Shown here piece by piece: positions 25,507 through 37,261 of a stretch of DNA of 64,000 nt. The stretch is from Cycas panzhihuaensis (taxonomy: Eukaryota; Plantae; Cycadophyta). Position numbers and translations under genes: made by a program. Where the stretch lies: NCBI GenBank assembly GCA_023213395.1, contig CM041465.1, forward strand, positions 44,771,741-44,835,740, given 5' to 3'. The stretch's first letter is position 1. Each line of letters starts with the position of its first letter. A model generated the notes under the pieces. The model searched no databases. It saw only the letters and a list, made by a program, of their open reading frames with translations, and was not told the origin of the DNA.

Positions 25507-28500
25507 ATGGCCGCCTTTCTTTGGATCAACATGCGAAAATGATAAATTAACTGAAATGAATTTCAGTATTTGGAAGATAAAAATAGAAGGTCTCTTGAGG
25601 GCAAAACATGCCTAGAAGATTACCACTGGGGAAGAAAAACAACCATCTGACGTTGTAGATTTAATAAAGTGGGAAGAAATGAACAATACAACAGTTTCTA
25701 TACTTAAGCTCTCAATTTCTGATTCCTTGTTGGTATATGTGGATAGCTTAGAACATGTCAGTGAAATATGGAAAATAATGTCTTCCATGTTCAGTAGAAA
25801 AAATGAAGCAAGGATTGTGGCTCTAAGAGAAGAGATTTACAAAATATTGGTTAGCCTTGTTATGAATTGTGTTAGAATTCATAACAAGACTAACCAATAT
25901 TAAAACTACTATTCTCCCTACTGAGACAAGTTGACTGACAACGAGTTGATACATTTTGTACTTAACAAACTTCCTAAATGCTTTGATAATATGGTAAGCA
26001 TGCTGACGGGAGGAGGCTAAACTGCCACAATGACTTTTGATGTCCTTACAGGTCATATGCTAAGTTAAAAACAGAGAAACCAAAGATATGAAGAAGACTC
26101 AGAAGTTGAAGAAGCGTTTGTCACCAAACTCTATTTAAGAGGCAGAGGATGAGGACAACCTAATCCAAAGTTACGAGGAAGAGCATCAACTACTTACAGG
26201 GGACATTGGACTGAAGAAAGATGATGAGGAAAAAATCCACCACAGGATGCTAGAGTTTACTTCAACTGTGGCAAACTAGGCCATTTTTCAAGTAACTGTA
26301 GAGCCTTTGAAGTCTATTATCATTGCGGACAAACAGGGCATTTTCCATACTAGTGCTACTAGAGACGAGCCAAAATTCAAAAAGAAAAACAAGAAGTGCC
26401 TGGAAATTATAGCAGAGAAAAAGACACAGTAGAAGAAGAAGTCGAAATAGCATTCATCGCAGCGTTAACCGCAAATATTAGAGCAACAGAAAATTGGTAC
26501 ATTGATTCGGGAGCTTCACATCATATGACAGGCATTGAATAATGGTTTGAAGTCTTCAAACCTTATGACCTTAACAAATCTGTTGAGTTAGGAGACAATT
26601 TTCCTTTGCATATAAAAGGAATAGGACAAATTGCTATACGAATTGATGGAAAAGTTCAACACATAGGCAATGTCTTCTTTGTACCAGGAATGAAGAAGAA
26701 TCTTCTGTTAGTGTCTCAATTAAATGACAAAAAACTGAGAACAATATTTGATGAATTTGGCTTTTGTTGCATCCTTGATATGAAAAACAATGGCACTGTA
26801 ATAGCCAAAGGAGAAAAATCTAATAGGTTGTATAAACTTCTCTCCACTCGTGTACTGCCTGATAAAGGCCCCACTAAAATACCTTCTGATGTAAAGTTTC
26901 TTGCTGTAACCAGTACTAATACTAATGAAATGTGGCATTTGAAGTATGGTCATATATCTCATGATAGGTTAGAAAAATTAAAGAAATTCAAGATGGTGAA
27001 TGGCTTACCAGATATTTCTTTCAATTATTTTGTATGCAAAGGCTGTATGATAGGAAAACAACACAAGATTCCGTTCTAAAAAAGCACGTGGAATGCACAA
27101 AACAAGTTGGACCTGATACACACTGATCTGTGTGGACCGTTCACACCAGTTTCAACAAATGGGACAAGGTATTTCTTGACTTTCATTGATGATTTTTCAA
27201 GGAAAACATGGGTATACTTTCTTTCCAGCAAATCAGAATCATTTAGTTATTTCAAAGAATTCAAGGCAAAAATTGAATTGGAAAGTAATAAGAAAATTAA
27301 ATGTATCCGTTCAGATGGAGGGGGAGAATTTACATCTAATGAATTCCTTCATTTTTGCAAAACCCATGGAATTCGTAAGCAGTTTACAACTTCCTATACA
27401 TCTCAATCAAATGGGGTTGCAGAAAGAATGAACAGAATTATTATAGAAATGGCTCGATGTATGCTAAACAATAATGAAATAGCTAAGAAATACTGGGCAA
27501 AAGTTGTACATACAGCTGTATGCTTAATCAACAAAAGTCTTACTCAGTCACTGGATAATAACACCTGAAGAAGCATGGACGGGACATAAGCCCAATATAA
27601 GTCATCTAAAGATTTTCGGTTGCAAAGTGTATGTTCATATCCCTGATAAGAAAATGACTAAGTTGGGTAGTGAAAGCATAGAATGCATAATGGTTGGGTA
27701 CAGTAGTTGTTCAAAAGCATACAAATGTCTTGATCCAAAGACATACAAACTGTATGTAAGTAGGGATGTAATCTTTGATGAGAAAAAAGAACTTGATAAA
27801 ATAGTGCCTCAAGAAATAAATATTGACGATCAAAACCCACAAACTATTCAGTTAGAAGATAAATCAGACATTACCTCTGAGAGCATTGGAACAGAAAAAT
27901 GGCACTTCAGAGGAAATGATATCAAATAACCAACAAGCATATGATTCTGGCACTCATTTGTATGATATACAACAAGGTAGTGGTTCAGATACTCACACAA
28001 AAGACAAAGAAACCAAGTCATCACAAGAACATTCCTCAAAACGAGTACCAAAACGATATCTCAAGACCCTTGAGGAAATAAAAGGAGAAATATTTGAACA
28101 TCGAACCATATCTCAGAAACCACAAGCCTTAGTGTGCTCCGTCGAACCAAGCTCTTATGAAGAAGCAAGTAACTCTCAAGACTAGAAAGCGGCAATGGAC
28201 ATAGAGATTGAAGCCATACATAAAAACAAAGCATGGGACTTGGTACCAGCTCTTGAAGATAAACCTATTGTAAATTATAAATGGGTGTCCAAAATAAAGG
28301 AAAAGTCGAATGGGGAAGTTGAGAAATACAAGGCGAGACTGGTCGCAAAAGACTACACACAGACATCTAGGATTGATGATGAAGCAATGTTCTCTCCAGT
28401 AGCAAAACTAAATATAGTAAGAACTGTGATCACAATTGCATCTCAAAAAGGATAGAAGATCTATCAAATGGATGTTAAAAGTGTGTTTCTGAATGGGGAT

Positions 28501-29664
28501 CTATAGGAAGAAGTGTATATGTATCAGCTTGAAGTATACATAACATCAGGACAGGAAAATATGGTCTGCAAATTAAGAAAAACATTGTTTGGTCTCAAAC
28601 AAGCACCAAGAGTTTGGTACGCCAAGCTGGATTCATATCTCATTCAAAATGGCTTCCACTGATGTGAATCAGATCATAGTCTGTACGTAAAATCCAATCA
28701 GGGCTTAACATCTATCATAGTGGTATATGTAGATGACATGTTGATTATTGGAGATGATAAGAATTCAATAACATTTATCAAAAAGTGATTCAAGAAGGTT
28801 TTTGAAATGACAGATCTATGGATGTTGCATTACTACCTCAGTATAGAAATAGAACAAAACAATCACTCCATTGTTCTTTCACACTCCAGATATGTCAAAA
28901 ATTTACTAAGCACATTCAAAATGGATAATTGTAACAGCGCCGACACACTAAAGGAAACTGGAATTATACTAAGCACAGAACAAGGAGCACACCTTGTTGA
29001 TGCAACCATATACAGATAATTGATTGGAAGTTTAATTTATTTCACAGCCATGCGACCTGACATTTCGTATGCAGTTGGTATAGTCTTCAAGTTTATGGAA
29101 AATTCCAAAGTCCCTCATTGGAATGTTGCAAAGAGAATCTTACAATACCTGAAGGGAACAACAAGTCTTGGATTGGAATATAAAAAAGAGAACAATATGC
29201 AATTAACTGGGTTTTGCGACTCAGACTAGGTTGGAGACAAAATAGATAGGAAATCTACATCAGGGTACTGTTTCTTCTTGAGGGAATCATTGATCTCTTA
29301 GAGTAGCAAAAATCAACACACAGTTGCATTGTCTTCAATAGAAGTTGAATACAAGGCAGCAGTCGATGTAGCATGCGAAGGAGTATGGATCAGACAACTC
29401 CTAAATGACTTAGGACAGAAGCAAGTGGTGTCTACTAAGAGATTTTGTGATAATCAAAGCACAATCAAAATGACAAAGAACTCAGTGTTGCATGCAAGAA
29501 CAAAGCACATAGAAGTGCACTATCACTTCATCAGAGAAAAAGTGCAAAATAGAGAAATCGAGCTTCAACATTGCACTTCAGGAGAACAAACGATTGACGT
29601 TCTTACCAAATCTCTTGGCAGGGAAAATTTCTTTTTTTTTAGAAATCAGTTAGGATTAAGATAG
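25507..29664 (+). pseudogene. D gag-pol
   Basis: WYIDSGASHHM, HTDLCGP..FIDDFSRKTW, KARLVAK, VYVDDM, TKHIEVHYHFIRE. Confidence 0.94.
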
Positions 29665-30333
29665 ATAAAACATTAAGAGGGGGTGTAGAAGCTCATGTTT
29701 TATCTAAGGTTATGATGTGTTCCTAAAGTATTTAATTGAGGGTCCTTAACCCTTCTCCTCTCCTCTCTCGAGGTGACAAGTGGCACAATCCTGTTGAGCG
29801 GTTGTCATTTATACCTTCTCCACAATTGTATATATACAATCAAATGATTGATCAATAAAGTGAAGAGCATTAATCAATTGTCATATTGAACTTTTGGCAT
29901 ATGTGTTACCACAATGGGGTTTGAGGGTTGAAAATGCTTAGAACTTGATCCATAGCCTGTAGGGAGTCTGAATCATCAAATAATTTTAGTCAGTGAGATT
30001 GAAAAAATCAGCATAACACTACAACACCCTGTTCTATAAGAAGAACCAGCTGAAAAGTCTAATTTTTAGTAAAAAAAAACGCAAAAGACATGAGTAATTA
30101 GCTCAAAACCCTTGAAGGAGATCTGAAAAAATTTCAGATATGAGAATAATTAGCTCCAACTTTTAAAAATGTTCTAGAAAAGTCTTTGATCTGCAAAGGT
30201 AGATTTAGACAAATCTTGGATCGCCTTCAGAGACCGAAGGTCGTCATCAAATATTTGTAAAACTTACACTTAGTCTCCCTTGAAGAAGAAATCAGAATAG
30301 AGGGAACTAGTCTCCTCTAGCTTTGATACCAAA

Positions 30334-30871
30334 TGTTGAGAATGCCAAAGGCCTATGACACCCAAGATCAAGAGATAGTTCACTCTAGTTCTAGAAAGCA
30401 TGAGAACATAACTAAAAAGGGAAATGAAATAAAAGATGAGCAAGATCAAAGTCCAATGAGTAAGATGATACTAAATTAGGAGGAAATGGAATTAGTCTAA
30501 TGTCCAAAAGAATAGCAGTTGATTAACAAACTGATAGCATAACATTACAACTCCAACTCTACATGTGAGACATGAGAAGAGGTCTCAATATATAGAGAAA
30601 CTGAAGAGACCTAACAACATTGGATATTTGACAAGTGCCAGACATACAAGTTACATGCAATGCATGTCATGCATGAAGGACATGTGTCCTTTTGGGCTCT
30701 CAAGTGAGCAAAGATGCATGAGGGTCGATTTGACCCTTTAGTGACAATGTTGTGTCACTAGAAAGAATATGGGTGTGCACTTTATCACTTAAATGATAAG
30801 TCACCCCATAAACTACAAATAATGAATGAAAAAATAAAGTACATACTTAACATGTAAACATACGGTTTACA
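30334..30871 (-). repeat. B 5' LTR
   Basis: Pairs with 11108-11655; adjacent PBS. Confidence 0.93.
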
Positions 30872-30876
30872 TTCTA

Positions 30877-32030
30877 GTTTGTGTCAGAATGTGATACGTG
30901 TCAAAAGAATAAGACTGAATCTACAAAGACACCCGGGTTGCTACAACCCCTTCCCATTCGCCACCAAAAATGGGAAGAAATCTCTATGGATTTTATTACA
31001 AGTCTTCTTTGATCAAAAGGAAATGATGCAATTTTTGTAGTGGTAAACATATTGACTAAATACGCTAATTTCAAGGAAACTTAGACAGGATCAAAGGCAA
31101 GCCAAATAGTGGAAATGTATATGAGAGAAATACACAGGCTACATAACTTCCCAAGGTTTATAGTCAATGATAGGGACTCCAAATTCACAAGTCACTTTTG
31201 GAAGGAGATGTTTAAAGCAGTTGGCACTAGCTTACACATGAACTCAACGAACCACCACAGACAGATGGGCAGACAAAAATACTTAACAAATGCGTGGAGG
31301 GATACTTTAGAAATTTTGTATCAGATAAACAGATGCAATGTCATCAATGGCTCCATCTGGCAAAATGGTGGTATAATACCACATACCATATAGTAGCAAA
31401 AATGTCACCGTTTCAAACACTGTATGGATATGAACCTCCATCACTTCTAAAGTGGCTAAATACGTCTAAAGTTTAGACAATCTAAGAAAACTTGGAGTAG
31501 ATGCAAGAAACAATCCAAATACTAAAAGTTAATTTGGAGATGGCGAAGAATATGATGAAATAACAAGCAGATGCAAAGAGATCTGAATGGAGTTTTGAGG
31601 TAGGGGAATGGGTGTTCCTAAGACTCCCAACTCTACAAATAGATGTTAATGAGACAAAATAATCAACATAAGTTATCACCAAGATTCTTTGGACTGTACA
31701 GGATCAAGGAGCACATAGGAGAAGTGGCATATCAGTTAAAATTGCTACCAGAAATCAAAGTCCATAATATCTTTCATGTGTCTTGTTTAAAGAAAAAGTT
31801 GGGTGAAAAAGAGACTTCGTAAACAAATTTACCAAAATTGGACGAAGAAGGAACAATGATAGTGGAACCTAAGGGAATACTAAAGACAAGGGAGAAGAAT
31901 TTGTGTTCCAGAATAATAAAAGAATACCTCATCAAATAGAAGACATTGGAGCTTGAAGATGTACCATGGGAGTCTGAAGAATGCATACAAAAAAATGGGC
32001 CTTTACCAATGCTTTGAGGGCAAAGAAATT
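30877..32030 (+). pseudogene. A integrase core and chromodomain
   Basis: PGLLQPLPI..WEEISMDFI, DRDSKFTSHFW, PRFFGLYRI, EYLIK*KTLELEDVPWESEE. Confidence 0.9.
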
Positions 32031-32047
32031 TCTAAAGGGGAGGGACT

Positions 32048-32556
32048 TGTTGTGTTTCTAAGGAACCCCCTCAAGTTATCTGAATAATACTTGTTGTAAG
32101 GCCAACTTCATCAAGAAATGTCAGGAGGAATATCTCATGCTCTAGCTGACTTCTATTGAGTGCAATATTAAAGAGAATAACATCCTGTTGGTTGATTTTT
32201 ATTTGAGGGATCTTGACCACTGTAAATAGGGAGTTTGGGCTTCATCCCAAACCATCTTTGGAGATTTCTTGTAGCTGAATATTTTTTGATCTTGGGGTTG
32301 CAATTAGCTCGCCCATTTGGGGGCTACAATTTGGAGGGTTCCTCACCTCAAAGAGGGAAGCTCACTTCTAAGGCAAAGATTGGTATTTCTGATGTAATTC
32401 GCTCTATTTTGGTGTTATTTGATAATAAAGATCATTATTTCCTTCAGTGGATTCTGGAATTCCTTTTTCTTATTAATCTTCTACTGCATAATATTTAGTT
32501 CTTATCTTTTCAATGTTTTAAGGAAAATTGCTATAAAGATAGAACTAGATTTTTCA
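32048..32556 (+). repeat. A 3' LTR
   Basis: Pairs with 7235-7758. Confidence 0.95.
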
Positions 32557-32938
32557 TATACATACGAAAAATGCAAAACATTGGAGATAGAGTTTTTGCA
32601 AATATTCATTATTCAAAGCTTTAGTTTGAAAAAATAATTTTCTTTTGTAATGTTACATTAAACTTCTTTAAAATTTTTATTTGAGTTTTGTCGATAAGCC
32701 CCCTTGGCGAAGGTCCTGGTCATGTGGCAAGATAAGGTGCTAAAGAGTTTTACAGCTTATTTAATAATTTATTGCAAATTTTGAAAGCACTTTTTTATTG
32801 TAGTTTTTTATGATCTTTCATTCTAAGGAGGTCATATGGTGAAATTCTGGCTCTCTATGTGGTGACCATAAAATTTTTAGTTTTTTCATTGCTTTGTGAA
32901 GTGATCAAAGATTTCAAAACACAAAAATGATAAAATAA

Positions 32939-35900
32939 TGTTAAAATATGTGACCATACCACCTAATGTAAAGTGGGCCTCCTATTTATATGCCTAATTA
33001 TGTGGAGGAATATGTTTGATGGTGGTGACCTAATGGATATAATTATAGTTATATTTGGCACTTTAGATCTATAAATATAGATCAAAGTCCATCTTTGTAA
33101 TATATTATTTTGTCATAATGTGAATATTATTCATTTGTGGGTTTTCACCCGTAAGGGTTTCCCACAGCAATATGGTGTCCCGTGTGATCTGCTTCTACTT
33201 GTTATCTGTCTAATGTGAAAGATCTTGCCGACTTTATTTGCTTCAGTTGCGTTTTCTAACATGGTATCAGACCATGTAGATCGTGCATAGGCAGATGAAT
33301 GTTGTTGGTGGTCCAATCGATGGTGCCAAGTTATGCTGGCTTGTCCTTAGTAGATTGGTGTGCCTGATAACCCTACAGGACAGCCACAGTGGTGCAGATG
33401 ATCGTTGAGGATCCCATGAGCCTTGTATCCATTATTTGTAGGTATTTTGAATTATATGGAGGTGTGTGAACGAGCGTGGACTCCATTGTCAGCTATGCGA
33501 GTGTCGTTTGAGCCTCCTGAAGGTGCAGAATTCCCGTTTAAAGATGCCATTGAGTTTGGATGCCCTACAGTTGATTGTCAACCCTCTGTTGCCGGTGGGA
33601 GAGTGCAAAAACCCTAGCAAGCCCGTTGTAGTGCCGTGAAATATTATATGGTATCAAAACAAAGGTATGCTCAGTGTATTTATCACCCGTTTGATTAAAT
33701 ATACTCCTCCGCCCGTGTATATGACAATTAGATGTAGTAATATTTGGCTACCTAATTGTGTTGCCCTGCACTATATATCATATAGTTCATTCGTTTATAT
33801 TGGGGCGCCTTTGCTTATCCTCTGCATAAAGTTTATTTACGCTTATCACCTGGCATCTGTGAGATGTACATATATTTGGTAGCCGCCCAATATTAGTTTG
33901 TCTGCCCACTGGTTTATTAGAGCCGCTTGTTACTGTATTACACCGTTTGTGCGTTATTTGCAGTCGTCGAATATATTTTAAACATCTGATTATAGTTTGC
34001 CTGCATGTATATCAAACCTGTGTTTGCTTGTTAGTAGCTACGCATGATTATATTATCGCCCGTCTACGTGGATCTATGTACAATCCACATGATTACCATA
34101 TTCGCAGTTGCCATTTAGACTTTGCCCTCCGTGATGTATTTCTCTGCGCGATGGTGTTGATATTCGACAATCCACGTGATGAGATATTTACATGTCGTGC
34201 CTTCATCCGTTATCGTCTGTGATGTGTTTACAACCACCTGTTTTAGAGACACTAGACGCCCGTGATGATATTCAGTAGCATATTTTTTTTGCTATTGATT
34301 GTATTTAATATGTGCCACCATCTCTGCGTTGATACACTCGCGCAATCGTCTATTTTGTTGATAGTTGCAATCTGCGTTTACATTGACAGTAGTTGCATGT
34401 TCCCGGCTATGTCTGTGATATATTTTGGTAGACGTCGTTGTTTAGTACATTGGCAGACTTATTTGCAAAGTCGCCTCTTATTATGTATTCTACAGCCTAC
34501 ATTAGCCATCTTGATATATCAATATATATTTTGATATATTTTAAGCATTCATAAAGTCTCTTTATATATCATTGCAACCATCGTTTGTTTATATAAAGTC
34601 GCCCCTTTTATAAAGTTGCCTTATGTCAAGTTACATTGATATATTTCAATGTTGCCATTTTGAAACTTTATTAAAACTCTTTGTTTAATAAAGTTGCCTT
34701 TGAAGTGTTTTGGCATTTTATTTCAAGAGGGTGAATTTATAAAGTTTCCCTTATTTGATAGTGACATGAAGTAATTTTATGATGTGGTGATGAGGTGGCA
34801 ATTCAATGGTAATATGAGGCTCGATATTAGGCTCTTTAGCATGCGGTTGTATAAAAGAGTGTTATGGCGATGTGAATGGGTGGTTGTATGAAAGAGTGTT
34901 ATGGCGATGTGAATGGGTGTATGAGAGAGTGAGTTATGGGTGACATGAGGTGCATTGGCAATATAATGCTTCTTAGCTTGTGTTTTACATGAAGAAGCTT
35001 TATGGACGAAGCTTGATGGGCGAAATTAATGGCAAATTTATGATGTATAAGATGCTTGTTGCATGTGTGTTATATGGCAAGTTAAGTGTGCATTTTAAGG
35101 GCGAAATTGGGCAAGTTTGATGGGCAGGTTAAGAGCATGTTTTAAGGGCAAATTTGATGGGCAAGTTGAGGGCAAGATTGGGCGATGATGGGCGAAGATT
35201 GAGTGAGAAAGGGCAAAGTTTGAGTGAGATGCCTTAATTGCAACTTAATACAAACTCGGTTACTTTGGTTAGTATGGCATTGATCCTTGCATGATATTTA
35301 TGTGATTATTCAATGAAATAAGTGTGTGATTTATTCAGTTATATTCGAGTTCTGTTGCGTCAGATGTATATGAGGTGATGAGATTTCGAATTTGCTTATA
35401 TGATTGTCGTTTATGATGGACCATTATACTTTGCTAGTTGGACTGTTAGCATGAGGTTTGTAGCCTATTTGACTTTGGTTCAACATGGGTGCATATCTGA
35501 ACAGGTCTGATGTGGAATCGAGACATAGTGTTTAATAAAATTTAAAGTGTGAATGGAAAGGTCTAAGACGAAATGCCTTAAAATTAGTTATGCCTTTGTC
35601 ATGGTATGTATAGTTGGCTTGTCAGGTTGCATTACAGGTGAGTATCATGATACAGATGGTGAGGTTTGGTGCATGTTGTGGTTTGCCTCCCATGGTTTGT
35701 TGGCAGAAATTGTAGCGGACAAATATAAGTACCCCTGTTGTGACTGTTCGTAGCATATATTCCCCTCATGTTTTGTGTTTGGACCAAGTCAGAAGCCTTC
35801 CATTCGTTTCCCTTGGTGCATTGGACTGCACACATCTTAGACGAAGATTGCAACAGCAAAATTGCAAACGTTTGAAGCCTATGGGTTGTTTAGCTTACAA

Positions 35901-37059
35901 ACAATGTGATATGCATGGGAAATGCATTGTGATCAGTCTAGATGTTATAGAGTTATTGATGTATCATGCTAAGTGTCATTTGGTTACAGGTTTTATCCTT
36001 CATTGCTTCACTTTTTCGAGACGTTATTCATCAGGTGTGGAGGTTTGTTTGCCTAACATTGTGCTTGAGATGGAAGCAGGACTTAGTGACAGATTGATGA
36101 TGAGGAGCTGTTAGTTGAGTAGACATGGATTACAACCCCATGTTCCATTAACAATTGAAGACCTACAGGATGATGGAAGATCATGGATCAGCATGCAAGT
36201 GAAAGCTTGAGATAGATACCAATGTTTTAGTGATTACAAATTCACGATGGAGAGCTGTATTGAAGCAAAGAACTTGGTCAGTTTGCAGGTTTAAAGACTT
36301 GTTGCACAAGTGATCTCTAGCAAGAAGAAGGATTGAGCTATGATGAGACATTTTGCACCAGTCTCTATGTTGCTTTTGGTCCATTTGATCCTTACTTCAG
36401 CAGCTTCAGATAGTTGGGTATCGTATCATATCAATGTTCCTTAACGAGGACTTGAAGAGGCGATTCACATGGTTTAAGTGGCTCATCCTCTTGGTTTAGT
36501 CAAAGAAATATGGCTAAGTTGAATGGACAAGTGCCAGGTGCAGAGAGAGCTGTATGGTTGCAGGTTTATTGGAGCATTTCCAAAGAATTAAGCACATACG
36601 AGGCATGGCACCATTACATCCGAGTGAAGGTCGTTACATCGACGTTCTTGCATATTGGGTTGAGTAAGGTTATCTTTGAGAGGGGATTTATTCCTAATGA
36701 TAATTCTTGTTGCCCCACATTTACATTAAGAGGAGATGTTAAAATATGTGACCATACCACCTAATATAAAGTGGACCTCCTATTTTTATGCCTAATTATG
36801 TGGAGGAATATCTTTGATTGTGGTGACCTAATGGATGTAATTATAATTATATTTGGCACTTTAGATATATAAATATAGATCAAAGTCCATCTTTGTAATA
36901 TATCATTTTGTCATAATGTGAATATTATTCATTTGTGAGTTTTTACCCGTAAGGATTTCCCACGGCAATATGGTGTCCTATGCGATCTGCTTCTGCTTGT
37001 TATCTGCATGATGTGAAAGATCCTGTCGACCTTGTTTACTTCAGTTGCGTTTTCTAACA
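32939..37059 (+). mobile_element. Element E: non-autonomous copia-derived (LARD-like) element
   Basis: 323-bp LTRs 32939-33261 and 36737-37059 (~92%); TSD AATAA; PBS TGGTATCAGACC 33262-33273; PPT 36728-36736; interior mostly non-coding with scraps of RT (YDETF.AP, FLN.DLEE at ~36300-36470). Confidence 0.92.
34845..34950. repeat. 37-bp minisatellite (2 near-identical copies plus a degenerate third) inside E
   Basis: GGTTGTATRAAAGAGTGTTATGGCGATGTGAATGGGT at 34845 and 34882. Confidence 0.9.
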
Positions 37060-37261
37060 AATAACAATGTGCGCTATGGTAGGGCTATTTAACTTCCACT
37101 TCTTGTGTGCAGTTTTTTTATTTATTGTGTAATTTTCTTTAATATTTTCTACATAAACATGGGTGAAAATTTATTCAAATCCTATACAAATAAGCTATTA
37201 AATGTTGCACTAAAATCATGCTTTTATTGCAACAATTAGAACATTTTAAGTTCTATTCATT

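Larger units (their letters stand above)
24437..29899 (+). mobile_element. Element D: full-length Ty1/copia with 216-bp LTRs, nested in the 5' leader of B
   Basis: LTRs 24437-24652 and 29684-29899 (~92%); TSD TATGT; PBS TGGTATCAGAGC 24653-24664; PPT 29675-29683. Confidence 0.96.
11108..30871 (-). mobile_element. Element B: full-length Ty1/copia inserted in the integrase zinc finger of A
   Basis: LTRs 11108-11655 and 30334-30871 (~93%); PBS rc 30320-30331; PPT rc 11656-11664; TSD CTCTG/TTCTA (two transitions); removing B rejoins WKGLKIDVL-FVSECDTCQKNK. Confidence 0.93.
7235..32556 (+). mobile_element. Element A: full-length Ty3/gypsy chromovirus (Reina-like), host of nest 1
   Basis: Paired LTRs; TSD TATAC at 7230-7234 and 32557-32561; PBS 7761-7772; PPT 32034-32047; order gag-PR-RT-RH-INT-chromodomain. 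Confidence 0.95.

Noticed and set aside
34845-34950. 37-bp repeats as CRISPR array
   Set aside because: Head-to-tail without spacers; eukaryotic context
33423-36764. Cluster of short hydrophobic ORFs in E as env-like or cargo genes
   Set aside because: Short, compositionally driven by T-rich sequence, no recognisable motif
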